From an uncultured Phycisphaerales bacterium (lineage in GTDB: Bacteria; Planctomycetota; Phycisphaerae; Sedimentisphaerales; Anaerobacaceae), in contig CAVYYI010000002.1 of NCBI GenBank assembly GCA_963772725.1, positions 384,001-448,000 of the forward strand: a stretch of 64,000 nucleotides of DNA, written 5' to 3'. The notes beneath the pieces were generated by a model. It saw nothing but the letters and a program-made list of their open reading frames with translations, had not been told where the DNA came from and ran no database searches. Below are positions 31,170 to 40,805 of the stretch, piece by piece (the stretch's first letter is position 1; each line of letters begins with the position of its first letter). A program made the translations under genes and the position numbers.

Positions 31170-31238
31170 ATGCAAAATAAGAGATTCTGCGCCCGCAGTC
31201 CGCCTTGGATAAGGCTTTATGCAGGAAATTGTGTTTAA
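31170..31238 (+). CDS. Putative leader peptide MQNKRFCARSPPWIRLYAGNCV
   Basis: GAAAGGA RBS; RSPP motif; directly upstream of the Ubl gene. Confidence 0.5.
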   Translation: MQNKRFCARSPPWIRLYAGNCV

Positions 31239-31285
31239 CGTAAAAAAGAAAATATCAACCTAATTAACATTGAAAGGAATTTAAG

Positions 31286-31510
31286 ATGAAAATACTATGG
31301 ATAAATAACGATGGTGCAGGTTACGCAGATTACATCGACATTGCCGAGAACACAACAGTCGAGCAGTTTTTCAAAATCAAGATGTCAGGCAAAGAGGCGA
31401 GTGACTTTATGATTCGCGTTAATCGCCAGCCTGTGGCAAAGGACTATATCCTCCAGGAAGGAGACAGGATAACAATAACGCCAACCAAAGTTGAAGGGGC
31501 ATATATTTAA
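31286..31510 (+). CDS. Ubiquitin-like (ThiS/MoaD beta-grasp) protein
   Basis: IRVNRQPV...LQEGDRITITPTKVEG-AYI. Confidence 0.85.
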   Translation: MKILWINNDGAGYADYIDIAENTTVEQFFKIKMSGKEASDFMIRVNRQPVAKDYILQEGDRITITPTKVEGAYI

Positions 31511-31531
31511 GCTCCAAGACATCTATTAAAC

Positions 31532-31573
31532 AGGGCATCTGTTTGTCTTTACGTCAGGCAGATGCCTTTTTTT
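31532..31573 (+). terminator. Intra-operon terminator-like hairpin after the Ubl gene
   Basis: AGGGCATCTGTTTG...CAGGCAGATGCCTT ending in a T-run. Confidence 0.7.
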
Positions 31574-31587
31574 GAAAGGGATTTTGT

Positions 31588-32644
31588 ATGAAAGATATAA
31601 AAAACTTAATCAGTATTGCAAACTGTCTTACACAGGCGCTATTGGAATCGCGGAATTGTCGATATATTGAATTATTGAACCAGCTTACTCCTGCCTCTGA
31701 TAAGCTCAATGAGATAGTCAATGAATCGCGAAAGCTTGCCTTATCCTTATCACACAACTGGTCTTGTGCCGCTGATTACTGCTGCAGCAGCATTAGCAGG
31801 TTAACTAATGACATTTCGTATTACATCTCGAGGTTAAAATTATTTGCCGAGAAACCCTGCGAAGATATTCCAACTTTGGCTGCTATTGTTGAAGATTTAA
31901 AGCAATTGGAGCATGAATTCGGCAAGTTTGATTTTGATAAGAAGGAACAGACGCTCTCTGTTATTACTGGGCCTGTAACATTAGAGGATATTTATCTCGG
32001 TGCATTCAAGATTGAGCTTCATCTCAAAAAACTCTCAGAGCTGTATAAAGACAGCCCCTATTATTGCATCGCTCTTGATCCGCATCCGGCTATGACATCA
32101 GAAGAGATAACTCATCCCCATGTAAGTTCTGAAAGGCTCTGTGAGGGTGAAGGCTGTGCCGCAATAAGAGCAGCCCTGGAGCAGGGAAGGTTATGTGATT
32201 TTTTCACACTGGTAAGAAGTATCCTCAATACATACAGTCCTGACAGTCCGTATGTGTCTTTGTACGATTGGGACGGGGTTGCCTGCTATGGATGCGGGTA
32301 TGTCTGTAATAGTGAAAACAGCTACTATTGTGAATACTGTGACAATACATACTGCGAGGAATGCTCTACTTACTGCCGCAGTTGTGACCAGACAATGTGT
32401 ACCGGATGTATCGAGCAGCTGTGAAATCTGCGAGGAACGTGTCTGTCCAAACTGTATTTGCAAATGCTCAGAATGCGGCATCTCGTGTTGTCCATCGTGT
32501 ATTGAAAATGATTTATGTGAAAACTGTAAAAAAGAATTGGAGGCCCAAAATGAAGAATCAGGAAACCAAACAGGAAGTACAACCGAAAAGTCTAACACAG
32601 ACCAACCCGCAACCGATACCCCCAAAATCAAGCTTGCAGGCTAG
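31588..32644 (+). CDS. E2-like (UBC-fold) protein with ten-CxxC tail (apparent +1 indel near 32410)
   Basis: HPHV....LCEG motif; Cys-rich tail continues in ORF 32252..32644. Confidence 0.72.
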
Positions 32645-33350
32645 GAAAAACAGAAGATTAGCCCTGAGATTCAGTCCGACTGCCTGGGCAAAATTATTGT
32701 ATTTCAGGGATAAGTCTGCCAACGAAGTAGGCGGATTTGCCGTAACAGGGCCCGATGACCTGCTTTTGGTTACTGACTTTATTACAGTAAAGCAGGAGGT
32801 AACATCGGTCAGTGTAAAATTCGACGATATCGCTATCGCCGACTTTTTTGAGCAGCAGGTTGACCTCGGCAGAAAGCCGGAGCAATTCGCGAGAATCTGG
32901 CTGCACACGCATCCTGCCGATTTTGCTGAGCCGAGCCTGACAGATGAACATACTTTTGCCAGGGCGTTTGACAACTGTCAGTGGGCTGTAATGTTCATCC
33001 TCGCAGAAAACAATAAATCATATGCCAGGTTGAGCTTTAACGTAGGTCCCGGCGGACAATTGTTAATCCCTGTTGAAGTTGATTACAGTCAGGATTTTGG
33101 GGCAAGCGATAAAACAGCATGGGATATAGAGTATCAGACCAATGTTAAGGCAGTTAGCTGGTCAGGTGAAATCGTTAACAGCAAGGAGGAACAAGCACCC
33201 GTAAGGATGGATTTTTCAGGTTCTGCCCTGCCTTATATTTTCCTCAACGAATTTGAAAAACTCGAACCTCCTGAACGTCGGATTGTTATGGACGAGTTGG
33301 CAGAAAGACCTGACCTGTGGGATGATGAAAGCGAGGTGATGTTCCTATGA
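32550..33350 (+). CDS. JAB/MPN+ metallopeptidase
   Basis: EVGGF, WLHTHP......PSLTD JAMM motif; GGAGG RBS. Confidence 0.85.
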   Translation: MKNQETKQEVQPKSLTQTNPQPIPPKSSLQARKNRRLALRFSPTAWAKLLYFRDKSANEVGGFAVTGPDDLLLVTDFITVKQEVTSVSVKFDDIAIADFFEQQVDLGRKPEQFARIWLHTHPADFAEPSLTDEHTFARAFDNCQWAVMFILAENNKSYARLSFNVGPGGQLLIPVEVDYSQDFGASDKTAWDIEYQTNVKAVSWSGEIVNSKEEQAPVRMDFSGSALPYIFLNEFEKLEPPERRIVMDELAERPDLWDDESEVMFL

Positions 33351-34018
33351 CACCAGAACAGATAAAAGAAAAATACAGCCGACAGAAAGATATTGTTCCC
33401 GCAGAACGAATTGCCGAATGTAAGGCTACTGTAATCGGCGTTGGCGCAATTGGCAGACAGGTAGCGGCACAGCTTGCAGCTATTGGAGTACCTTGGATGC
33501 AGCTTATTGACCACGATATCGTCGAAGAAAGCAATATCGCAAGCCAGGGGTATTTTGAAGATGATTTACAGCGATTTAAAGTTCATGCTACCGCGGATAT
33601 ATGCCAGCAGATTAATCCTCACCTTGAGCTTCATACAGTCAATGAACGCTTTAAAAGAGCTATGAAGATTGGCAATACTGTCTTTTGCTGTGTCGATTCC
33701 ATTGAAACGAGACGCCTCATCTGGGATGCTCTAAAGGACAAGGTGAATTTTTTCAGCGATGGCCGTATGAGTGCCGAGGTTTTGCGAATACTGACTGCAT
33801 GTGATTTGAAATCACGAAAACATTATCCTACTACCCTGTTTGCCGCTAACGAGGCTTTTGCCGGTCCCTGCACTGCTAAAACCACAATTTACTGTGCCAA
33901 TATCGCGGCGGGTTTTATGCTGGCTCAATTTACAAAATACCTGCGAGGATTACCTATTGATTGCGATATCCAATTAAACCTGCTCGCCTGCGAATTAAAT
34001 GTTGGTACTGTCAGCTGA
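33347..34018 (+). CDS. ThiF/E1-like adenylyltransferase
   Basis: GVGAIG, DHDIVEESN...Q, CVDS..TR, DGRM. Confidence 0.9.
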   Translation: MTPEQIKEKYSRQKDIVPAERIAECKATVIGVGAIGRQVAAQLAAIGVPWMQLIDHDIVEESNIASQGYFEDDLQRFKVHATADICQQINPHLELHTVNERFKRAMKIGNTVFCCVDSIETRRLIWDALKDKVNFFSDGRMSAEVLRILTACDLKSRKHYPTTLFAANEAFAGPCTAKTTIYCANIAAGFMLAQFTKYLRGLPIDCDIQLNLLACELNVGTVS

Positions 34019-34070
34019 TAAAAACTTGTCTTTGACTCTAATAAACTTCTAAAAATCGGAGGTTAATATT

Positions 34071-34289
34071 ATGGCTCAGAAAAACACAGATGAAAGTAAA
34101 ATAATGACATTAGCGCACTTTGAAAAGGTATTAGCCGCACTTGGCAAACTGGTTGATGATGATTTTGAGATATGGCTATCCTGTGATGAGGAAGGAAATG
34201 AGTTCCTGCCCATGTTAAGAGATTTGCAGCTTAGCCTGAATATTGATAAAACCGCAAAAAGGATAATATTCTTTCCCTCACACAGATAA
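34071..34289 (+). CDS. Hypothetical protein
   Basis: GGAGG RBS; LSCDEEGNEF motif. Confidence 0.65.
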   Translation: MAQKNTDESKIMTLAHFEKVLAALGKLVDDDFEIWLSCDEEGNEFLPMLRDLQLSLNIDKTAKRIIFFPSHR

Positions 34290-34602
34290 CATATATCAGG
34301 TATAAGAGAAGTCAGATGACTTCTCTGCTTTTCCTCCGCGGCTGAGTTTTCTGGCCGCGGTTCTTACACCTCTTAGCGGTAGCTCTGTCAAACAGATGTA
34401 TGACAACCTGGTAACAAATCGGGAGGGAATCATTTCCAAGCCGTAAAATCGTTCTCTTATTCCTGCATGGTGTTTTCATAAAAGAGCTTACGAGTCGTCA
34501 ATAAATTCTCATGAATATTGTTTCATTGATATACAAAGCAAAATGTGTATAATAAAAATAGCAGACGAGATAACCTAAATGCAGCTTTAATTTTGAGGAT
34601 TT

Positions 34603-35187
34603 TTGCCTGTGGATATTAACAAATTACAGCTTGAACGAAAAAGAGATGAAATATGGGCAATGGCCAGAGAGGATTTGGCATTATTTGAGAAATTTTTCAA
34701 TAAAGAGACTTCTGAGTCCGAAGCAATGCAAGTAGCTGTTATAAGCATAGAACTTATAGCCACTGAATTATACGTTTATCAAGATGAGATTGAGAACATC
34801 AGCAAGGAACTGTTGGACTTATACAGAGATGAAATAAACAGTGGTTCTATAGACACTCTCAGGTTCGTCAAAGAACAGAACAATATCATAAAGAATAAAA
34901 TTCTGAATGTCGGCAAGGCCGAAAAGACCAAGGAAGAATTACAACAGAGTCTTGACAATATTAGAGACAATATTGCCAATATAAGATTGATAACACTCTT
35001 TAACATAAACAAGTACAAAAATACTATCTTTAAGATATACAATGGACATATCGGCGAATCAAGCTATGATGGTAAAGTTACAGAAGAGGAGCAGGCTGCG
35101 ATAGCAAGATGTCAAGTCTTGGCACATCTGCTGCTATTGCTGAAAGATGCAGAGATTCAGTCTTTAGATGGCAGTTGGTTTGAATAA
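34603..35187 (+). CDS. Hypothetical helical protein
   Basis: 194-aa AT-rich ORF; GAGGA RBS before a TTG start. Confidence 0.6.
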   Translation: MPVDINKLQLERKRDEIWAMAREDLALFEKFFNKETSESEAMQVAVISIELIATELYVYQDEIENISKELLDLYRDEINSGSIDTLRFVKEQNNIIKNKILNVGKAEKTKEELQQSLDNIRDNIANIRLITLFNINKYKNTIFKIYNGHIGESSYDGKVTEEEQAAIARCQVLAHLLLLLKDAEIQSLDGSWFE

Positions 35188-35379
35188 CCTTCCATAGGTC
35201 GCAAGCATACCATTCAAAAAACCATTGTTTCAATGTCAGTGAGTATATGATCATAGTATAAAATGTCCGATGGACGGCAAACGGATATATAATCAAGTTG
35301 CGCTCGTATGAAAACTTCCACATAATATCGGAAAGGTATAATCCCAAAAATATAAATAGTATCGCTACCAAATTTTAAA

Positions 35380-35772
35380 ATGGGCTTACCAATAAAAAAC
35401 AATTCTTATCACAGGAAAACAAAACAGGTAATCATGGTTGTCATTGTGGGCTTGATATTTATACTGACCGTAGTTCTAATATTAAGGTTCTTGGGAACAG
35501 GTGCAAGGGAGGACAAAGAGTTAATTGAGAAAAGTAACTCCACCGCTTCGTTCGAGGAAGCAAACCAGCTCAATATGGATATAAAGCTTAATCAAAAAGC
35601 CGGTAGAAACCAAACTTATGCAACCGAAGATATTTTGAATTTCACTGATCCAAAGATTTGTGTTCAAAAGTGGCGAGAGGATTTAATGACGATGGAGGAT
35701 GCACTGTATTGTATCGACAGGTATATGGAGTATTCAAAGTATAACAACAGCTCCTCACAGAAGGCAAGCTGA
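35380..35772 (+). CDS. Hypothetical membrane-anchored protein
   Basis: Single N-terminal hydrophobic helix. Confidence 0.55.
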   Translation: MGLPIKNNSYHRKTKQVIMVVIVGLIFILTVVLILRFLGTGAREDKELIEKSNSTASFEEANQLNMDIKLNQKAGRNQTYATEDILNFTDPKICVQKWREDLMTMEDALYCIDRYMEYSKYNNSSSQKAS

Positions 35773-35927
35773 TCAAGCTTATTTTCCCGGATTGATTATG
35801 CAAGCACATGAGAACCTCTGTATACGCCAAAATTACACATAAGAAACATTTTACAAAATATATTTAAGAACCTCGTATATTCGAGTATAAGAAAGCTTAA
35901 ATACTTCTTCTGCGTTATCATTTCAAA

Positions 35928-36140
35928 ATGACATTAGAAGATAAATCATACCAGCAAAAGAAGTCTGAGTTTTTGGAAGAGATCTGCGACAATACCAGGG
36001 CCATAAGGAGGGTCACTAATCGTATATTGGACCATCTTCATGAGTATCATGCCACAGGCCAGGATAATGGCTTAGAAGATTATGACCCGGATGCATTCAG
36101 TTGGAAAGATCTGGATAATAATGATGATATGTACAGCTGA
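35928..36140 (+). CDS. Hypothetical acidic protein
   Basis: ORF co-oriented with the cluster. Confidence 0.5.
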   Translation: MTLEDKSYQQKKSEFLEEICDNTRAIRRVTNRILDHLHEYHATGQDNGLEDYDPDAFSWKDLDNNDDMYS

Positions 36141-36179
36141 GGCCGAAAAGTTTTTATAGTTCAAACCTGTTCTTGTCTT

Positions 36180-36500
36180 ATGAAAACCGCAGAGCTTCAA
36201 AAATCTCTCCGTTATCTTGCTGAACTTATGGATAACATGAAAGCCTTAATTGAATGGCAAAGGCTTAAGCAAATTGAGGCTTATTGTAATCGAGGTAGTT
36301 CACTTAGGTTTTATGATTCAACAGGTGAGCAGCTGTTTGATAAATACAACGATTTTTTATTTGAAGCTAGTTGGCTTAGAAAACAATTGCGCAGGTACAA
36401 AAATCAGATACCGCCAAAAGAATTCCAATCCATGACCTCTCAATTAAATAAACTTCTGGCGAAATTATATTATCTTGGGACCGAGGTGAGAATCTATTAA
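36180..36500 (+). CDS. Hypothetical protein
   Basis: Ends 1 bp before the next gene; carries its GAGGTG RBS. Confidence 0.55.
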   Translation: MKTAELQKSLRYLAELMDNMKALIEWQRLKQIEAYCNRGSSLRFYDSTGEQLFDKYNDFLFEASWLRKQLRRYKNQIPPKEFQSMTSQLNKLLAKLYYLGTEVRIY

Positions 36501-36501
36501 A

Positions 36502-37071
36502 ATGGCATGGTTTGCTAACTTGTTCAGGAAAAAAATCCACAGAAGGAAAACACGCAGAGCCATAAATTATTTAAAAATGTCGAAATTGCAGATGGATATT
36601 GAAATCCTGTCTGATCGATTAAATACGGTAGATACCCTGTTACAGAGGCACGATAAGGCCATCAAAGGGCAATGGAAGGTAATTAACAGTCACTCAACCA
36701 AACTGGCAAAGCTCGAGGAGATAGCAGCCAATCCCACGATTAAACCGGCTACTGAGGCGGCTAATCAATTTAATCGGCTAATCCAGGCGACCAGACAACC
36801 GTTCAATCAACAGGATAAGTTCGATATCAACCAGTTCTCTCAGCAGGAAAAAAAGATTTTAGCAGTGTTTTTTCAAAACAAGGATATTGCTCTTTCTTAT
36901 TCCGATATAGCAAAGACCTTGGGCAAATCCCCAAACACAATAAAAAACGAACTCAGGCAGATTACCATAAAGGCAAATCTCTTTGATTACACTATAAGCG
37001 ATGAAAACAGGAAGCGATTCAAACTCAAAGACAATCTGCGAATTGAAAATTACCTCAATATAGCTGCCTAA
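36502..37071 (+). CDS. Coiled-coil plus C-terminal winged-helix protein
   Basis: QQEKKILAVF...SYSDIAKTLGKSPNTIKNEL. Confidence 0.7.
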   Translation: MAWFANLFRKKIHRRKTRRAINYLKMSKLQMDIEILSDRLNTVDTLLQRHDKAIKGQWKVINSHSTKLAKLEEIAANPTIKPATEAANQFNRLIQATRQPFNQQDKFDINQFSQQEKKILAVFFQNKDIALSYSDIAKTLGKSPNTIKNELRQITIKANLFDYTISDENRKRFKLKDNLRIENYLNIAA

Positions 37072-37413
37072 ACGACTTACCAGTCAGGCCTAATCAACCA
37101 AACCTTATCGTGCAGGCGATTTTACTCGATCAGACAGTTGGCCAAACCGCTGCTGCCGGCAAAAGTAAAACCATCAGAAAAAGTGAAGGTTTGCTATGTC
37201 ATTTCTTTTTACACACTACATCTGTGAATTTGGCATCTGCAGGAAACTGTTGATAATCGTTTTACCGAATATCTGGCGGTGTCGTTTGTTTTTGAGTTTT
37301 CAGGCAGAATTATTTATTCTGGCAGTTTATACGCATAGTGAAGTTTACGATTAAAAACCAATAAATTTATAAATCCTTATCACTTTAAATGTTCAGGACA
37401 GTTTACACGTACC

Positions 37414-38502
37414 ATGGATATCGAACAATACCTCTCTGAAAAGCAGAACCAGATCAAAAAAAGCACTGAGCGAATAAAATATTTTCACGTCTTTGACTTT
37501 AATTTCATACCAGATAAACCGCTCATGAGGAAAGAGGTAAAACCAGTCATAGATGCATTATTAAGGTATCAGCAGACAGGTATCGCCAATAATGTCCTCA
37601 TCTTAGGCTCAAAAGGTTCAGGCAAGAGCCTGCTGGCCAGGTACCTGATGAGAATAATGGCAAACACAGAAACTCTTAATTTTCTCTATGTCAATTGCAG
37701 GCAGTACAACACAAGCTATAAAATCCTTGCCTATGTACTCCAGACAAGACCGCGGGGCATAGGTTTAGATGAGTTATGGCAGAGGTTTACCCGTATCTAT
37801 ACCGCCAAAACCATCTTTATTCTCGATGAAATTGACCTTATCAGCGAAAAGGACAAAAATAAGGATATCCTTTACCTGCTTAGTCGCTCGACCAGCAATT
37901 ATATGGCCATTCTTTTGAGTAATAACCCAAAGTTTGCAAATACCCTTGACCAGTCGATTATGAGCACCTTGCAGCCTGAAATCATCCATTTTAGCAGTTA
38001 TAATGCTGCGGAAATACAGGATATCCTTACAGAACGAGCAAAGGCAGGCTTAAAAACAATACCAAAACCACAGATAAGCCAGATTGCCGCAATGACTGTA
38101 AAAAATACCAATTCTGATGTGCGGGTGGCAATAAAGACATTATACTCATGGGCGATGGAGCCTAAAGTTGAATTACAGATGCATTTTGAAAAGGCAAGGC
38201 GGGATATTATGTTTGATGTGGTAAAGGATTTGAATGACAAAAATCTGCTGATGTTAAAAGCAGCCATGTCGTATCCAGCCGGTTACGTAAAAGATATCTA
38301 CCAGGCCTACAGGAAAATATCTGTCGACTTTAATGAAGAGCCGTTCAGCTATATGCACTTTTATTCAAACTTATCTTATCTTCAAAGCCTGGGCCTGATT
38401 ATCCTCATATCAACAAAGGTTTACCGGACCCATACAAACCGGATACAGCTGACATTTGATCCGGAGATTCTTAATTCAATATGGCAGCCTCGATTTGAAT
38501 GA
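37414..38502 (+). CDS. Cdc6/Orc1-like AAA+ ATPase with C-terminal winged helix
   Basis: VFDFNFIP...R, GSKGSGKS, YVNC, ILDEID, F..YNAAEIQDILTER, SDVRVAI, LSYLQSLGLI. Confidence 0.85.
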   Translation: MDIEQYLSEKQNQIKKSTERIKYFHVFDFNFIPDKPLMRKEVKPVIDALLRYQQTGIANNVLILGSKGSGKSLLARYLMRIMANTETLNFLYVNCRQYNTSYKILAYVLQTRPRGIGLDELWQRFTRIYTAKTIFILDEIDLISEKDKNKDILYLLSRSTSNYMAILLSNNPKFANTLDQSIMSTLQPEIIHFSSYNAAEIQDILTERAKAGLKTIPKPQISQIAAMTVKNTNSDVRVAIKTLYSWAMEPKVELQMHFEKARRDIMFDVVKDLNDKNLLMLKAAMSYPAGYVKDIYQAYRKISVDFNEEPFSYMHFYSNLSYLQSLGLIILISTKVYRTHTNRIQLTFDPEILNSIWQPRFE

Positions 38503-38580
38503 ACCATTTTTCTGCGATACCTCAAAACCAAAAAGTATATAAACTCCAAAATCATTCTATTACTACTTAGGAGTTACAAA

Positions 38581-39140
38581 ATGATGCCGAATAAAACTTA
38601 TGAATTGAGGAATCTGTATTTCCAACAGAGTCAGTACTCTGTTCCGCAAGCCAGATAGCTGTGACTACACTTCAATACTTCAATGGCCTAAGAAGGGTTA
38701 TTTTGAAACATTCAAGCCCGATGCTGATTTGCTGCAAAAAGCACTTTCACCTTTAGAGAAGTCTGTCAGTAACAGCATAGCTGACCAGGTATTCGGTAAT
38801 CAAAAGCAGCTTGAGTATCTGGGCTTAAAGCATTTGGCAAATCTTTTCTATGAGCGATGCCAGCTTCATAAACAGCACATTTATGACATTGACCACCGAC
38901 ATCTTGCAAATACAGGAAAAGAAATTCGGCGTTGAAATTAACCATACTCCTGAAAACGCCAAGCGGCTTTCAAACCTTGAAGGCCAGTTATTACAGCTTG
39001 AGCAGCAAAGAAGGGATGAAGAGCTTGCCTTCTGGAAAGACACAGCCGAACTAAGAGAAAAACTATTTGAAGGCGCTGCTGCATATAAAGATGCTAACAC
39101 AGCGTCACTCGGTCTTTCGCAGATGTGGAGGCTGACTATG
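38581..39140 (+). pseudogene. Coiled-coil hypothetical protein broken by stop/frameshifts
   Basis: Apparent protein spread over 38729..38935 and the 5' part of 38850..40805. Confidence 0.45.
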
Positions 39141-40805
39141 ACAGATAACACAAGTTCTGTAAATGTACGGCAGCTTTGCCTGCAACTAAAGCCTATTTTC
39201 GGCTCAAAGGTTGATACAATCTATTCTGCTTACCTGGCAGAAGATGACCAGGGTAAAGAACAGATCGAGCATTATCTTCAACTGTTAACCGCAAAATACC
39301 TGCCAACCAAACTGGGACAGGTCGAGGCAGTCCTTCTGCCGCCCCTGAAAGAACAGGCGGCAGGTGAATATCATATTGGCACAGTTGAATATGCCGGGAA
39401 AGATATCTGTCAATTCGGCCTTCGGGAAGATGAATGGATTCAGCATACCGCTATCCTCGGCAGAAGCGGTGCCGGGAAGACTAATATCGGTTTTTTGATA
39501 CTTCAGCAGCTCAAACAAAAAGGAAAACCGTTTTTGCTATTTGACTGGAAAAGGAATTACAGGGATTTACTTTCTTTGCCGGAATTCAAGGATGTAGAGG
39601 TTTATACCCTTGGCAGAAACATCGCGCCATTTAGATTTAATCCCCTGATTCCGCCGCAGGGCACAGATCCAAAGACCTGGTTAAAAAAGCTAAATGAAGT
39701 AATCGCCAATTCGTATTGCCTGGGAAACGGCTGTTTATTTTTACTTCAACAGGCTGTCGATACTGTCTATGAAGAGGCAGGTGTATATGATGGTACTGTT
39801 GAAAAATGGCCTACATTTAAGGATGTTTTGATTAAGGCAAGGGGTATGGATACCCGTGGCAGAGAATCCGGCTGGCTATCTTCGACATTAAGGGCTTTGG
39901 CATCGCTCTGCTTTGGTGACATGGATAAACTGGTAAATTCAAATAATAACAAAAGCATTGACCATATCCTTGATAAGAACGTTATCCTGGAACTCGATGC
40001 CCTAACACAATCAGATAAAACTTTTTTTATTCAGTCGGCTATGCTTTATCTGCATCATAAGAGAATGACCGAACAAAGAAGGGAGGATTTCAAGCATGCA
40101 GTTATCATTGAGGAGGCCCACCACATCTTAAGTGATGAGAGAAGGTCTCTTGTAGGGGGGCAATCTGTTATGGATATAATATTTCGTGAGATAAGAGAGT
40201 TCGGCGAAAGTTTAATATTGCTCGATCAGCATCCCTCGAAAATATCCCTGTATGCCCTTGGGAATACCTATTGTACGATCTGCATGAATCTAAAACACAA
40301 AACCGACATCAATGCCGTGGCCCAGTGTATGCTTTTGGATAAAGAAAAGGATATCTTGGGCTCACTTGATATAGGCCAGGCAGTTATAAAACTTCAGGGC
40401 AGAATTGCCAGGCCGTTCCAGGTCTCAATACCGCTTTTTGCAATTGAAAAGGGTAAAATCTCGGATACTTTAATAAAAGAGCATATGCAAGATATTGCTC
40501 CGGCAGAGCCCCAGGAGGATTTTCGTCTGCCGGCCAGGACAGATGAAAATATTAATATATCGAACAATAAAGTCAACTTGGCTGAGAGCATGGAAAAGGC
40601 TTTCTTGCAAGATGTTCAAAACTACCCCGACAGCGGGATAGCCCTCAGATATAAACGGCTGGATTTGTCAGTTAGGCAGGGTCAAAGACTAAAAGCCCAG
40701 GTTTTGCGGCAATTGCTCATTGAGCAATCTATTGAAACTACTAAAACCGGCAGGAAGATATCCATCCATCTGACTGAAAAGGGCAAAGCAATATTGTCTG
40801 CCTGA
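39138..40805 (+). CDS. HerA/VirB4/FtsK-like P-loop ATPase with probable C-terminal wHTH
   Basis: HTAILGRSGAGKT, FDWK..Y, FNPL, IIEEAHH, REIREFG, DQHPS; GGAGG RBS before 39138. Confidence 0.85.
   Translation: MTDNTSSVNVRQLCLQLKPIFGSKVDTIYSAYLAEDDQGKEQIEHYLQLLTAKYLPTKLGQVEAVLLPPLKEQAAGEYHIGTVEYAGKDICQFGLREDEWIQHTAILGRSGAGKTNIGFLILQQLKQKGKPFLLFDWKRNYRDLLSLPEFKDVEVYTLGRNIAPFRFNPLIPPQGTDPKTWLKKLNEVIANSYCLGNGCLFLLQQAVDTVYEEAGVYDGTVEKWPTFKDVLIKARGMDTRGRESGWLSSTLRALASLCFGDMDKLVNSNNNKSIDHILDKNVILELDALTQSDKTFFIQSAMLYLHHKRMTEQRREDFKHAVIIEEAHHILSDERRSLVGGQSVMDIIFREIREFGESLILLDQHPSKISLYALGNTYCTICMNLKHKTDINAVAQCMLLDKEKDILGSLDIGQAVIKLQGRIARPFQVSIPLFAIEKGKISDTLIKEHMQDIAPAEPQEDFRLPARTDENINISNNKVNLAESMEKAFLQDVQNYPDSGIALRYKRLDLSVRQGQRLKAQVLRQLLIEQSIETTKTGRKISIHLTEKGKAILSA

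Noticed and set aside
32397..32549. N-terminal extension of the JAB protein
   Set aside because: It overlaps the E2 Cys-rich tail; the RBS supports a start at 32550
31286..34018. Thiamine or molybdopterin biosynthesis operon
   Set aside because: No thiG, moaE or cysteine desulfurase nearby; an E2-like gene is present
38850..40805. A single 651-aa fusion ATPase
   Set aside because: A GGAGG RBS before ATG 39138 and broken upstream frames suggest a separate gene fused by indels
23972..40805. Intact prophage or canonical conjugative element
   Set aside because: No capsid, portal, large terminase, tail, relaxase or mating-pair genes recognised
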